Origin: Candidatus Moanibacter sp.
Lineage (GTDB): Bacteria > Verrucomicrobiota > Verrucomicrobiia > Opitutales > UBA2987
Direction of reading: 5' to 3'
Length of the DNA stretch: 64,000 bases
Assembly: GCA_965215885.1 (NCBI GenBank)
Contig: CBDCEW010000091.1
Coordinates: 43,775-107,774 of the forward strand
How positions within the stretch are numbered: position 1 is the first letter of the stretch; each line of letters opens with the position of its first letter. Position numbers and translations under genes: made by a program. Below are positions 48,446-58,942 of the stretch, piece by piece. The notes under the pieces were generated by a model that saw only the letters and a program-made list of their open reading frames with translations, had not been told where the DNA came from and made no database searches.

Positions 48446-50242
48446 ATGAAGATCATTCTGCGTATCATCGGCATCGCGCTCCAGCACCGCTGGTATATGG
48501 TGGCGGCGTTTACGGCCATGTGTGGGGCAACAACGGCCTACATGTTCCTGCCGAAGTACATCGGAGCCGCGGTTGACAAGCTCGCAGAGATCTTCCGGGA
48601 CGGGGGCGGTTCCCCATCCGATCTGTTTTCCATAGCGTTGACGATAGTGGTTCTCTACGTCGTGAGAGGGCTTCTTTCCTATTTGCAGATGTACTTCGGC
48701 GACGCTCTGTCGCAGTATGTGGCCTACGACATTCGCAACAAGTTCTACGATCATGTTCAGCACCTGAGCTTCGGAAGCCACGATCGGCTCCATACTGGGA
48801 ATCTGATGTCGCGCGCCATTGTGGATGTGGAGAACATCCGGCGATTCATCAACATGGGATTGGTTCGGGCTCCCTATTACGGCGCGCTATTCCTCATTAT
48901 CGCGATCATCCTGATTCGGCTCGATTGGCTCCTTGGACTGGCCAGTGTCAGTTTCCTTCCCCTGGTTGCCTACCAATCCGGGTCGGTTCGTTTAAAAATG
49001 AGGAAGTTGTGGCTCGTCGCCCAGGAGAAGATGGCCGATTTGACCACTGTTCTGCAGGAGAACCTCACCGGAGTGCGGGTGGTGAAGGCATTCGCATCGG
49101 AAAGCTATGAGGAGGCGCAGTTCGACTCCCGGAACGTGGAAGTCGCCACCGGAATGGTGGCGGCGGAGAAGCTTCGCGCCGAGAATATGGCGTTTACCCT
49201 GTTCACCTTTCAAGTCTCTCTGGGGCTGATCCTCTGGTTTGGCGGTTGGCGGGTCATGAATGGGCACCTGTCGCTCGGTGGGCTGACGCAGTTCATCATC
49301 TACATGCAAATGATGGCACTGCCGGTACGATTGATCGGGTGGATCGTGAACGCTTACGCTCGAGCGGTCTCAGCTGGGGAGCGGTTTTTTGAGATTCTCG
49401 ATGCCGAATCGGAGGTCAGGGAGCTGCCAGGCGCCGCGGAGATGCCTCGAGTGAGCGGTCATGTTCAGTTCAACAATCTGAATTTTGAATACGACCGTGG
49501 CGCGACGGTACTCAACGGGATCGACATCGATGCGAGTCCGGGAAATGTAGTCGCGCTCCTGGGACCACCGGGAAGTGGAAAGACAACAATTGTAAACCTC
49601 CTTTCGCGTTTTTACGAAATCGGGCCGGGCGAGATCACGATCGACGGCATCGACATCAGAACCGTCACGCTCGAATCATTGCGTCGCAATATTGGAATCG
49701 TTCATCAGGACGTTTTTCTATTCTCCACTTCGATACGGGAGAACATCGCCTACGGACGTGCCAACGCTTCCATGGAAGCTATCATTCGGGCAGCCAAAAT
49801 CGCACAGCTCCACGATTTCATCGAGAGTCTCGACGAGGGTTACGACACGGTCATCGGCGAACGTGGCTCAACTCTATCCGGCGGACAACGACAGCGGCTA
49901 TCGATCGCCCGTGCGATCTTGCTCGATCCCCCGATATTGGTCCTCGACGATTCAACCTCAAGCGTCGATGCCGAGACCGAGCACCTCATTCGCCAGGCGA
50001 TGGAATCGGTCATGCGGAACCGAACAACCTTCGTCATCGCGCATCGGCTGAGTACGATTCATCGGTCAGATATCATTTTGGTTTTACGAAACGGCTCAAT
50101 CGTGGAACGAGGCACGCATCGGGAACTCCTCGCAGCCGACGGTCTTTACCGTGAGATCTATGAGCTGCAGCTGCGTCCACAGGAAGAGGTGATGCGCGAT
50201 TTCGAAGTCCCGGTCGCGATTCCAGGGGAGGCAACCGGATGA
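48446..50242 (+). CDS. ABC exporter, fused permease/ATPase (degenerate-site subunit)
   Basis: GPPGSGKT, LSGGQ, Walker B LVLDD. Confidence 0.92.
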   Translation: MKIILRIIGIALQHRWYMVAAFTAMCGATTAYMFLPKYIGAAVDKLAEIFRDGGGSPSDLFSIALTIVVLYVVRGLLSYLQMYFGDALSQYVAYDIRNKFYDHVQHLSFGSHDRLHTGNLMSRAIVDVENIRRFINMGLVRAPYYGALFLIIAIILIRLDWLLGLASVSFLPLVAYQSGSVRLKMRKLWLVAQEKMADLTTVLQENLTGVRVVKAFASESYEEAQFDSRNVEVATGMVAAEKLRAENMAFTLFTFQVSLGLILWFGGWRVMNGHLSLGGLTQFIIYMQMMALPVRLIGWIVNAYARAVSAGERFFEILDAESEVRELPGAAEMPRVSGHVQFNNLNFEYDRGATVLNGIDIDASPGNVVALLGPPGSGKTTIVNLLSRFYEIGPGEITIDGIDIRTVTLESLRRNIGIVHQDVFLFSTSIRENIAYGRANASMEAIIRAAKIAQLHDFIESLDEGYDTVIGERGSTLSGGQRQRLSIARAILLDPPILVLDDSTSSVDAETEHLIRQAMESVMRNRTTFVIAHRLSTIHRSDIILVLRNGSIVERGTHRELLAADGLYREIYELQLRPQEEVMRDFEVPVAIPGEATG

Positions 50243-52080
50243 GAATGAGCGGCAGCATGTTTCACGGTGTCCGGGATGGACCGGCGGACGAAGATATTTT
50301 CGGCCAGGTCTATGACCGCAGAGTGGTTGCGAGGATGCTCCCCTACCTGCGTCCCTATGTGGGTCTGGCGGCGCTTGCGACTGTGGCCATGCTGATCTAT
50401 ACGGCCACACTGGTCGCGATTCCCTACCTTATAAAATACGGCATCGACGGATTCATTGTGGGAGGAAATCGATCCGACTTCTCGGGATTAACTCTGGTAT
50501 TTGCGTACTTTCTCCTCACTGCAGTGGCCAACTGGGCGAGCAACTACACCCAACAGTGGGCCATGATCAGAGTCGGACAGGGCGTTCTCTACAGCATGCG
50601 CCGGGACATGTTCAGCCACTTGCAGAAGCTGTCGCTGCGCTACTTCGACAGGACCGAAGTGGGCCGCATCATTTCCCGGGTAATGGGCGACGTATATCAG
50701 CTGCAGGAATTCATGTCGCTTGTCGTGACCACCCTGGGCGACTTCCTCGCCCTCATCGGTGTCGTCACTATGCTGTTGGTGCTGAATCTGAAGCTCGGCC
50801 TGATTTCCATGGCCGTCGTGCCGGTACTGGTGCTGATCATGGCGGTTTGGCAAACCTATGCCAGGCGGGCATTCATGCGCGTTCGACGGTCAATTGCCAT
50901 CGTAAACTCCGCCCTGAACGAAAACATCAGCGGTGTCCGCGTGGTTCAGAGCATGAATCGCCAGAAGCGCAACATGGAGATTTTCGACGAAAAAAACTCG
51001 GAGAATCTGCATGCTTCTTTGTCCGCCATCCGTCTCAGCGCCATCCTCATGACACCGGTCGATATCCTCACGGGAATCGCCATCGCTTCGGTCCTTTACT
51101 TCGGCGCAGGCATGGTTACCGGCGAGACACTGGGAATTGGTGGGTTGATCGCTTTCGTCCTCTACATCCAAAGGTTCTTTGACCCGATCCGAAACTTGAC
51201 CATGCAATACAGCCAGTTCCAACGGTCGATGGCATCTGGGATTCGTATATTCGAACTTCTGGATACCGAAATGGACATAACGGATGCCGACAATGCGGAA
51301 GCGATTCCTCCAATGAAAGGCGGCGTGGAATTTCGGGAGGTCAGCTTTGGGTACGATTCGGGTGAGGATGTGCTCAGGAAGGTCAATCTGAAGATAGAGG
51401 CCGGCGAAACGGTGGCGATCGTGGGTCCCACTGGCGCCGGGAAGACAACCCTGGTTTCGCTCATCGCGCGTTTTTACGATGTCCCGCCCGGCCGCGGCGC
51501 AATTCTCGTGGACGGTTTTGACATACGGGACGTAAAACGGGACTCGCTCGCGGGACAGATGAGCATGGTCTTGCAGGAGCCGTTCCTGTTCTCCGGAACG
51601 GTCGCTGAGAATATCCGATACAACCGCGTGGACGCCAGTGACGAGCAGGTGGTCCGGGCGGCCAAAGCGGTTGATGCCCATGGATTCATTGCCGATCTGG
51701 AGAATGGCTATGATACACTCCTGGCGGAGCGAGGTGTCAACCTCAGTGTGGGGCAACGCCAGTTATTGAGTTTTGCCAGAGCCATTGTGGCCGACCCGCG
51801 CATCCTCATCCTCGACGAAGCTACCGCCAACATCGACAGCCACACCGAGCTGCTCATTCAGAGAGCCCTGCGGAAACTCTTGCAAAACCGAACCGCGATT
51901 GTTATCGCGCACCGCCTCTCGACCATTCGCGGGGCGGACAAGATTGTGGTACTGCATCACGGTGAGGTCGTGGAAACAGGCACTCATTCGGAACTGGTGT
52001 CGAAGAGTGGACTCTATCAGCACCTTTACCAGATGAATTACGCCGCTATCGAGGAGCCGCTAGCCCAAACATCTCGCTAG
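50239..52080 (+). CDS. ABC exporter, fused permease/ATPase (partner subunit)
   Basis: GPTGAGKT, LSVGQ, LILDE. ATGA overlap with the previous gene. Confidence 0.92.
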   Translation: MRMSGSMFHGVRDGPADEDIFGQVYDRRVVARMLPYLRPYVGLAALATVAMLIYTATLVAIPYLIKYGIDGFIVGGNRSDFSGLTLVFAYFLLTAVANWASNYTQQWAMIRVGQGVLYSMRRDMFSHLQKLSLRYFDRTEVGRIISRVMGDVYQLQEFMSLVVTTLGDFLALIGVVTMLLVLNLKLGLISMAVVPVLVLIMAVWQTYARRAFMRVRRSIAIVNSALNENISGVRVVQSMNRQKRNMEIFDEKNSENLHASLSAIRLSAILMTPVDILTGIAIASVLYFGAGMVTGETLGIGGLIAFVLYIQRFFDPIRNLTMQYSQFQRSMASGIRIFELLDTEMDITDADNAEAIPPMKGGVEFREVSFGYDSGEDVLRKVNLKIEAGETVAIVGPTGAGKTTLVSLIARFYDVPPGRGAILVDGFDIRDVKRDSLAGQMSMVLQEPFLFSGTVAENIRYNRVDASDEQVVRAAKAVDAHGFIADLENGYDTLLAERGVNLSVGQRQLLSFARAIVADPRILILDEATANIDSHTELLIQRALRKLLQNRTAIVIAHRLSTIRGADKIVVLHHGEVVETGTHSELVSKSGLYQHLYQMNYAAIEEPLAQTSR

Positions 52081-52200
52081 CCCGCATGTCTCATGTACTT
52101 GATCATTCCCTGTCTCGGCATGCCGGAACACGGTTCCGAAAAATCACCTCGTGAGACAACACTCAGTCCCGAAGAGTAACAGGCCGTAGATTCCCCGTAG

Positions 52201-53829
52201 TCCCGCTGAGCGCATTTGCGTTAACCTAAGGAGAAGAAACAAGAGAGGAAATCAAGTCGAGAACGCTTTTCATAGGTGCAGTGTTTGGGGATTTGTTTGA
52301 GCCATCGGGGGATGATCTGATCTTTGGGAATGTGAGAGAGGATGAAGAAGTAGGGAGCAAAGAAGCCAAACCAGTAGGAGAATTTAAGGATACTCAGAGG
52401 AGAGGACAAACTGGTATTCGAATAGTGTCTAAGGGGACCATAGACGAAGTTGAGTAAGTGGGTAATGAGGATGAGACGGGCGTAGATAAGAAGCTCAACC
52501 TGGTAGGGAGTAGTCTCTTTGACCTGACCGAGATTAAGATGTTGCTTAAAGGCCTTAAAGAAAATTTCGATGCGCCAGCGAAGCCCGTAAAAGCTCAGAA
52601 TCTGCTTAGGGCTAAAGTCTTTCTGATGGAGGTTTGTAATAAAGATTTGGAAACCGAGAAGGAAGCTGGTGCGGCTGGTATATCGAAGTCTATTGTCGCG
52701 GTTTTGTCTATGCTCGCGGCGGCGTTTATGGGCCACCTTCTGAGGGAGTTTGACGGCGATCAGACGAACCGGAAGCTTGGCTTTTTTACCCACCCGAACG
52801 GGCATATCGAGAAGCTTTTGGCCACGTAAAAGTTTGCGTAGATCGAGTTCTTCATCGCCTTCGTTGGCTAAAAGGCAAGTGCCGGTTTTCAAACGACTCA
52901 CAAAGAAGCAGCCGCGCTGATCGAGTTGCTTAAAGACATCGAGGACAAAATAGCCTAAGTCGCGCAGGATCAAGTCGTTGGGTTGAGCGAGAGCGAGAAT
53001 GTCTTTGGAAGCAGCCTGATCGTTTTTTCGGAAGCTACTGAGGCTGAAGTCAACGAAGGATTCATTGCGCAGATCGTAATAGGCCTGAATCTTCAGTTGA
53101 GCCTGTTTGGAGCCTGTCTGATTGGACGCTCCGGGGAAGAAGGGGGCCAGGACCTTAGGCAAGCCAATCGAAGTGCTGTCGGCAATGAGAACCCGTTCAA
53201 AGCTCCTCATGCAATTTGGAACAGCTCTGCCCACAGGCCCATAAGCTTTAAGTTCTAAAAGCCTCAGGAGCACTAAGGTCATAAAAGCGGTGGCTTTTTT
53301 GGCGCACTTTTGGACCGCTTGTCTGGAAATGGTGCGGTTGGCTAAGAATCCAATAAGCTCGGCTTCTTTGCCAAGGGACAAGGCCCCCTTAGAAGCCATC
53401 GCCAGCAAAGCCAAAACAAAGTTCAGAGGGGAGATCTTGCGCGATTTCCTCTCTCTAAAACCACTCTGTTTAGCGAGGGCTGTGAGGTTCAACTTACGGA
53501 AGGTTTGACGGATACAATCAGCTTTTTTTATACTTTGCATCCGAAGGATAAATCCTATATATGAACGAATGTACAGTATAAAATGCTGCCAAAGTGAAAA
53601 AAATGGGGTAGACGGTAAAAGTAGAGAAGATAACCCGGCCAAAATGCACTCGCTCAACTGCGAATTTCCTCACCGCTGTGGTCGAAACGAAGCAAATAGA
53701 AAAGGGCGAACAAATGGAGTGGAACCTCGAGGATAGAGACACCCTCATACTCCGCCGCAAAATACCTCGCAAGTCTTTGAATCTGACTAAGTTGCGAAAA
53801 TAAGGTTTACGCGTATGCGCTCAGCGGGA
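52201..53829 (-). mobile_element. IS4-family element, copy 2 (inverted relative to copy 1)
   Basis: TIRs TCCCGCTGAGCGCAT at both ends. Confidence 0.9.
52221..53540 (-). CDS. IS4-family transposase (439 aa)
   Basis: Protein identical to 25626..26945. Confidence 0.95.
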   Translation of the reverse strand: MQSIKKADCIRQTFRKLNLTALAKQSGFRERKSRKISPLNFVLALLAMASKGALSLGKEAELIGFLANRTISRQAVQKCAKKATAFMTLVLLRLLELKAYGPVGRAVPNCMRSFERVLIADSTSIGLPKVLAPFFPGASNQTGSKQAQLKIQAYYDLRNESFVDFSLSSFRKNDQAASKDILALAQPNDLILRDLGYFVLDVFKQLDQRGCFFVSRLKTGTCLLANEGDEELDLRKLLRGQKLLDMPVRVGKKAKLPVRLIAVKLPQKVAHKRRREHRQNRDNRLRYTSRTSFLLGFQIFITNLHQKDFSPKQILSFYGLRWRIEIFFKAFKQHLNLGQVKETTPYQVELLIYARLILITHLLNFVYGPLRHYSNTSLSSPLSILKFSYWFGFFAPYFFILSHIPKDQIIPRWLKQIPKHCTYEKRSRLDFLSCFFSLG

Positions 53830-53890
53830 CGGGGAGTAGGCTTGTTAAGAGTGTCGTTCAATTTCGTGGGAATTGCGTCCTCCACACTAG

Positions 53891-54073
53891 CCCGAACATT
53901 TCACAAACCTTCTACTACGACCGCGGATCTCACTGCGTATCAAAGCCTTCCCTTGCACGGCGACCTCAGAGGGTTCCAATCCCGGCAAGCCGGGATCGCC
54001 CGCCGCCCTGCTGAAAGGCATTGATACGCACCAATCTACGCAGTCTCGCTACGAAGTGTGTGAAATGTCCGGG
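53891..54073. mobile_element. 183-bp MITE
   Basis: TIRs CCCGAACATTTCACA / TGTGAAATGTCCGGG (14/15), CTAG on both sides, no ORF. Confidence 0.75.
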
Positions 54074-54287
54074 CTAGATGGCGTGTCGCTCAAACATGGG
54101 TGGCTTTGCTGGAACAACGCCACTATCGAGGGCTAAAGCCTCTCCTGTAACCAGCCAGGGACCAGAACCCCAACCCGCCTATTCCACTATCTCAAGTCGG
54201 TGCAACCCACAACAGTAGACGGGTTAGAAAGTGAATTCCCGGCGTTCCGGAAGTATTCTGTCAGAAAAGGAAGGTCTGATCCAAAAA

Positions 54288-54337
54288 GTTACTGCAAATC
54301 TTTATGATCCGATCGGATCATAAAGATTTGCAGTAAC
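54288..54337. repeat. Perfect 50-bp palindrome without spacer
   Basis: GTTACTGCAAATCTTTATGATCCGA|TCGGATCATAAAGATTTGCAGTAAC. Confidence 0.95.
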
Positions 54338-54758
54338 ATAGAGAGTCTAGGGAAGATATTCTTGTGTGAATCCTGTGTGGCAGGGCGCATCGGCGGAGTT
54401 ACTTGCATTCCTAATTTGGCAAGCAAGCGTGAGCAGTAACAATTGCAACCCGTTGTGCGTGATAGGCGGGGTAGGGAAGCTGAAAGTGCGGATGAGAGCG
54501 AAATCCTGGTCCGCTATTGGTGCGCCAATGTTTCAATCCCTCAAAAACGACATCTCGCATTTCTTCACGGATTCCAAGGACTACCAGGCGAGGTTGGCCC
54601 AGATGAAGGCGCGAGATTGAGACTCTTGGGCGAATGAAGCGCGGCAAGGAACGCGCCGGGGGACATACAGATCGGTATCTGGGGGGGGGGGGATCGTGGT
54701 CCGGAATGTCGCTATATTAGGCTTTTTCGTCACGAAAATTCTTCTACAATCGAATTCC

Positions 54759-55610
54759 ATGTTCAGAAAGGTCAAAGTTGCCGCGATCTCGTTTATGCCG
54801 GTAAAGTGGGAAATCGAGTCCAATGCCAACCGTCTCGAGAAGGCATTCCGGAAGGCCGCCGGGAAGGGAGCCGAACTGGCCCTGGCTCCGGAGGGCGTTT
54901 TGGAGGGCTATGTCGTCAACCAGATCGTGGTCGACGGGGTGCCGGCCGAGCGGATGCGCGAAGTCGCGGTGTCGATCGCCGGCCCTGAGATTGAGAGATT
55001 CCGCTCCTTGGCGGCCGAACTCTCCATCTGTCTGGTTTTCGGATTTGCCGAGCTGATTGGAAAGGATGTCTTCAACTGCGCCGTCTTCATCGATCAGATG
55101 GGCCGCATTCGCGGGAAGTATCACAAAATGCAACTGGCTGAGGGCAATGATGAGTCGTGGTGGTTTAACCGTCTCGGTGAAAAGAGCCGGGCCTTCGGCA
55201 CGCCCTTCGGTCGATGCGGCATGATGATCTGCAACGATCGCTGGAATCCCGATCTCGCGCGAATTCCCGTGCTCGATGGCGCCCGCTATCTGTTGATTCC
55301 TTCGTTTGGTAGCCGCTCGAAAAAGCAGGATCTAGCGGTGCTGGCTCGAGCTCGTGAGAACGGCGTCCCCATCGTCGAGGCCAACGTCGGGGTTACCCTG
55401 ATCATCAGCAAGGGCGAAGTGGTGAAGTTGTCCCGCAAAGAGGATACAATCACCTACGGTTCCATAGATGTACCGTTGCCGCCTTCACGCCAGAGTCGGG
55501 ATATCCATGAGGGAGAGTTTCTCGAATGGCGGAAAGAAGAGATGCCGAAGCGGCGGCGCAAGAGGAAGAAACGGCGCGCGGAAGAAAAGAAAGAAGCCAA
55601 GTCAAAGTGA
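54759..55610 (+). CDS. Carbon-nitrogen hydrolase (nitrilase family)
   Basis: Glu-Lys-Cys triad: APEG, YHKM, ICND. Confidence 0.88.
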   Translation: MFRKVKVAAISFMPVKWEIESNANRLEKAFRKAAGKGAELALAPEGVLEGYVVNQIVVDGVPAERMREVAVSIAGPEIERFRSLAAELSICLVFGFAELIGKDVFNCAVFIDQMGRIRGKYHKMQLAEGNDESWWFNRLGEKSRAFGTPFGRCGMMICNDRWNPDLARIPVLDGARYLLIPSFGSRSKKQDLAVLARARENGVPIVEANVGVTLIISKGEVVKLSRKEDTITYGSIDVPLPPSRQSRDIHEGEFLEWRKEEMPKRRRKRKKRRAEEKKEAKSK

Positions 55611-55829
55611 CTGGGCTATCGTATCGGGTCGGCAGCGACCTTGAGGCGCCCGTATTAGGCGCTTGTTTACGATGGTACGGGTTCGGAGGGAAGCGCATCG
55701 GGAAGCACTTCTCATAGCAGGATGACGCGCGGCAATTGAAGAACTTGGAGGAGTTCGAATCGCTTGACGCCAACGGGCTCAGGCCGTTGGGGACGAGGTT
55801 GAGGCACGCAATCATTTCGGATGAAGGTA

Positions 55830-55858
55830 TTGACAACTCCCATATTTATGGGAAACTA
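55830..55858 (+). promoter_or_regulatory. vapBC promoter with overlapping operator
   Basis: TTGACA at 55830 and dyad TCCCATA-TT-TATGGGA at 55838-55853. Confidence 0.6.
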
Positions 55859-55863
55859 AGTGG

Positions 55864-56118
55864 GTGAAGACAACCTTTGAACTTCCGGACCGGCTTTTTC
55901 GCGAAGCCAAGGCAACAGCTGCCGCGCGGAGTCAGTCCCTGCGCCTATTTTTCACCGACGCCATTGCGGAGAAATTGAACTCAGTGAAGGCGATGCAGGT
56001 GGAAAAGCCGTGGATGAAACACTTTGGCGCCCTGAAAGTATACAGCGAGGAGTTGCAGAGAATAGAACGAGTCATCGAAAAGGAGTTTGAATCGATCAAC
56101 CCGGATGACTGGAAGTGA
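55864..56118 (+). CDS. vapB: RHH antitoxin
   Basis: MKTTFELPDRLFREAK. GTGA overlap with the PIN gene. Confidence 0.8.
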   Translation: MKTTFELPDRLFREAKATAAARSQSLRLFFTDAIAEKLNSVKAMQVEKPWMKHFGALKVYSEELQRIERVIEKEFESINPDDWK

Positions 56119-56492
56119 TTCTGGATACCAATGCGCTGTCTGACTTTTTCCTGGAAGTCAAAGCCCTTGAGCCTCATCTCGCGCAAGCCGATGTCGTTTG
56201 CCTGCCGGTTATAGTCTTAGGGGAGTTTCGTTTTGGGCTGAAGAGTTCTAAGAAGCATCGCGTCCTGAAAGCGAAGTTGGATGAGTTTGTGGAGGAGACT
56301 TCAGTTTTGGCGATCGAAGAAACGACGACACATCATTATGCCGATGTACGCAGAGAGCTGAAGGATGCCGGCACACCGATACCGGAGAACGACGTGTGGA
56401 TCGCGGCCTTGGTTCGACAGCATAGATTGCCCTTGTTAAGCAATGATCGACACTTCGATTATGTGAAAGGCATTGAAAGGCGGAATTGGTGA
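56115..56492 (+). CDS. vapC: PIN-domain toxin
   Basis: ILDTN, VLGE, PENDVWIAA, SNDRHF. Confidence 0.92.
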   Translation: MILDTNALSDFFLEVKALEPHLAQADVVCLPVIVLGEFRFGLKSSKKHRVLKAKLDEFVEETSVLAIEETTTHHYADVRRELKDAGTPIPENDVWIAALVRQHRLPLLSNDRHFDYVKGIERRNW

Positions 56493-56560
56493 ATCCTCTC
56501 TTCGTGTTGTACGCTGTGCAAATCCGAAGCAACGATCTTTTGCAAAGCGCTTAGCGTCTG

Positions 56561-57805
56561 ATGAAGAGATACGACTGGGTAATAAGAGGCGGTCACGTCA
56601 TCGATCCGGCCAACGACAGGAACGGTGTGTTCGATATTGCCATCGCGGCAGGAAAAATCGCGGCGGTGGAGGAGGCTCTCGAGGCCGATTTGGCGGAGAA
56701 TACTTACGAAGCCCGAGGCAAACTGGTTACGCCCGGCCTCGTTGACCTGCATATGCACGGTTATCATCTGGCCACTCCCCTCGGCATCGATGTCGATCAC
56801 TATTGCCTGGGTCGTGGGGTTACGACCGCCGTCGATGCCGGTAGCGCGGGCTGTGACACCTTTCCCGGGTTTCGGGCATTTGCGGCAGATCGATTCCAGA
56901 CGCGTTTGCTGGCATTCCTCCATATCTCGCGGGCCGGCCTCTCCTTTGCCCGCCTGGCGGGAGGTGATGCACTGGGCGAACTCGAGTCGGTGAAACTGAT
57001 CAACTCCCGCGACTGTATCGATTGTATTGAATCCAACCGCGATCTGCTCGTGGGCGTGAAAGTCCGGCTGACCGATACCATTGCCGATAATGGGCGCAAC
57101 GAAGCGGCCGCCTACCAGAGCGCCTTGGAAGCGGCCGCCGCAAGCGGGCTTCCCCTGATGGTTCATCACTGCTTTTCCACCGTGCCTTTGGAGGATTGTC
57201 CGGGAGGGATGGCGCCTGGCGACATCTATACCCACGCCTATCAAGGCTTTGCCAGTACAATAATTGAACCAAGTTCCCGGCGGGTCCATCCAGCAGTGCT
57301 TGCAGCCCGCGGGAAGGGTGTGCTTTTCGACATCGGCCACGGCGCGGGATCCTTCAACTGGACGGTGGGAGAAATCTGCGCCGAGGAGGATTTCCGGCCC
57401 GATGTCATCAGCACCGACTTGCATAGTCTAACGTGCGAAGGCTCTGCCTACGACATGCCCACCGTGATGACGCGAATACTCCATCTTGGAATGTCGTTGG
57501 AGGACGTAATCCGCTGTTCCACGATTTCGCCGGCGTCGGCCATCGGCTGGGATGACCGCATCGGTACCCTGGGCGTTGGACGCGAAGCTGATGTTACCGT
57601 CCTCGCGCTCGAAGACGTCACAATGGAACTCGAAGATAGCAACGGACAGATGCGTTCCATCAGACAGCAAATCATACCGCACGCCGTCTGGCGCTCCGGC
57701 GACCCGGGTGAAATCACTCGGCCGAGATGTTTACCCAATGTGGAGAGTATCGCGTCGGGGAGGAGGCTGTTGGACCGGCTTGTCATACGCGACGAACCTC
57801 TCTAA
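56561..57805 (+). CDS. Amidohydrolase/deacetylase (dihydroorotase-like)
   Basis: PGLVDLHMH, GVTTAVDAGS, GHGAGSF, ISTDLH. Confidence 0.88.
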   Translation: MKRYDWVIRGGHVIDPANDRNGVFDIAIAAGKIAAVEEALEADLAENTYEARGKLVTPGLVDLHMHGYHLATPLGIDVDHYCLGRGVTTAVDAGSAGCDTFPGFRAFAADRFQTRLLAFLHISRAGLSFARLAGGDALGELESVKLINSRDCIDCIESNRDLLVGVKVRLTDTIADNGRNEAAAYQSALEAAAASGLPLMVHHCFSTVPLEDCPGGMAPGDIYTHAYQGFASTIIEPSSRRVHPAVLAARGKGVLFDIGHGAGSFNWTVGEICAEEDFRPDVISTDLHSLTCEGSAYDMPTVMTRILHLGMSLEDVIRCSTISPASAIGWDDRIGTLGVGREADVTVLALEDVTMELEDSNGQMRSIRQQIIPHAVWRSGDPGEITRPRCLPNVESIASGRRLLDRLVIRDEPL

Positions 57806-57818
57806 CCCAAAAAGGACA

Positions 57819-58910
57819 ATGTTATCAGAAAAACGATATCGAGCAGGCGCCATCGGCAGGACGGGGAAAGGCAACTTCGGTCACGGCCTTCACGTCTGCT
57901 ACAATGAGGTCGACCGGGTCGACTTTGTGGCGGTCGCCGATGAGGATCCCACAGGACGCCGGAAAGCTGCGGAAGAGACCGGCGCCAAGCGAACGTATGC
58001 CGACTACACAGAGATGCTTGCGGTAGAGGATCTGGATATCGTCAGCGTCTGTCCGAGATGGGTGGACTGTCACGAGGAGATGGTGATGGCGTGCGCCGAG
58101 GCGGGGTGCCACGTCTACTGCGAGAAGCCGATGGCCGCCAGCCTGGACTCGGCCGACCGGATCGTCGAAGCCGCCGACCGTGCGGGCGTCAAAGTGGCCG
58201 TCGCCCATCAAGCCGTCTACCTCCCCCAGGTCCAGCGTATCAGGGAGATGGTGGAGGAAGGGAGGATCGGCAGGATCCATTCCTTCCATTCTTCGGGTAA
58301 GCAGGACCACCGTGGGGGCGGAGAGGATCTGATGGTGCTGGGTACCCATCTCTTCAACCTGATGCGCTTCTTCGCCGGTGATGTGGCCTGGATGTTCGGC
58401 CACGTGACGGCGGAAGGCAGGGACATCGAGGCGTGCCACGTTCGCGAGGCAGGAGAGCCCATAGGACCGATCGCCGGCGATTTCGTGGAGACCAAGTACG
58501 CGTTCAAGAGCGGTGGGACGGGCCACTTCATCTCTCGAGCCAGAGGGGACAACAGCGGCGGCCACTACGGGCTCGAGATCGCCGGGGAAGCCGGCCGTAT
58601 CGCTTTCAACGCGAATGCATCTATGGTGACACTGATGGACGATGCTGCATACAGACCGTGGGACAGTGGACAGAAGCGCGAGGCTCTCTCGCTGGGAGAT
58701 AGCCCGCTTTTCGAAGGAAACCGACTCGCCATTCTCGACCTGATCGACGCGGTCGAGAACGACCGAGACCCGAGGTCAAGTGCGCGCGACGCCCGGTCCG
58801 CTCTGGAGATGATCCTAGGCGCCTACGAGTCGCAGATCACGGGGGGACGGGTTACCCTCCCAATGGAAGACCGCCTGCATCCTCTCGAACGCTTGAGGGA
58901 TTGTGGGTGA
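57819..58910 (+). CDS. Gfo/Idh/MocA oxidoreductase
   Basis: GRTGKGNFGHGLH, HVYCEKP, VLGTH. Confidence 0.88.
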   Translation: MLSEKRYRAGAIGRTGKGNFGHGLHVCYNEVDRVDFVAVADEDPTGRRKAAEETGAKRTYADYTEMLAVEDLDIVSVCPRWVDCHEEMVMACAEAGCHVYCEKPMAASLDSADRIVEAADRAGVKVAVAHQAVYLPQVQRIREMVEEGRIGRIHSFHSSGKQDHRGGGEDLMVLGTHLFNLMRFFAGDVAWMFGHVTAEGRDIEACHVREAGEPIGPIAGDFVETKYAFKSGGTGHFISRARGDNSGGHYGLEIAGEAGRIAFNANASMVTLMDDAAYRPWDSGQKREALSLGDSPLFEGNRLAILDLIDAVENDRDPRSSARDARSALEMILGAYESQITGGRVTLPMEDRLHPLERLRDCG

Positions 58911-58942
58911 GGAAGAGGCGGCGCTGGAATACCGAGTGGCCG

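Noticed and set aside
25336..53829. Composite transposon or completed inversion between the two IS4 copies
   Set aside because: Each copy's own flanks reconstruct a REP hairpin, and the outer flanks share no duplication.
54078..54680. Structured ncRNA (omega-RNA, tracrRNA or group II intron piece)
   Set aside because: No convincing conserved motif by eye and no tnpB, iscB or RT nearby. An Infernal/Rfam scan would be decisive.
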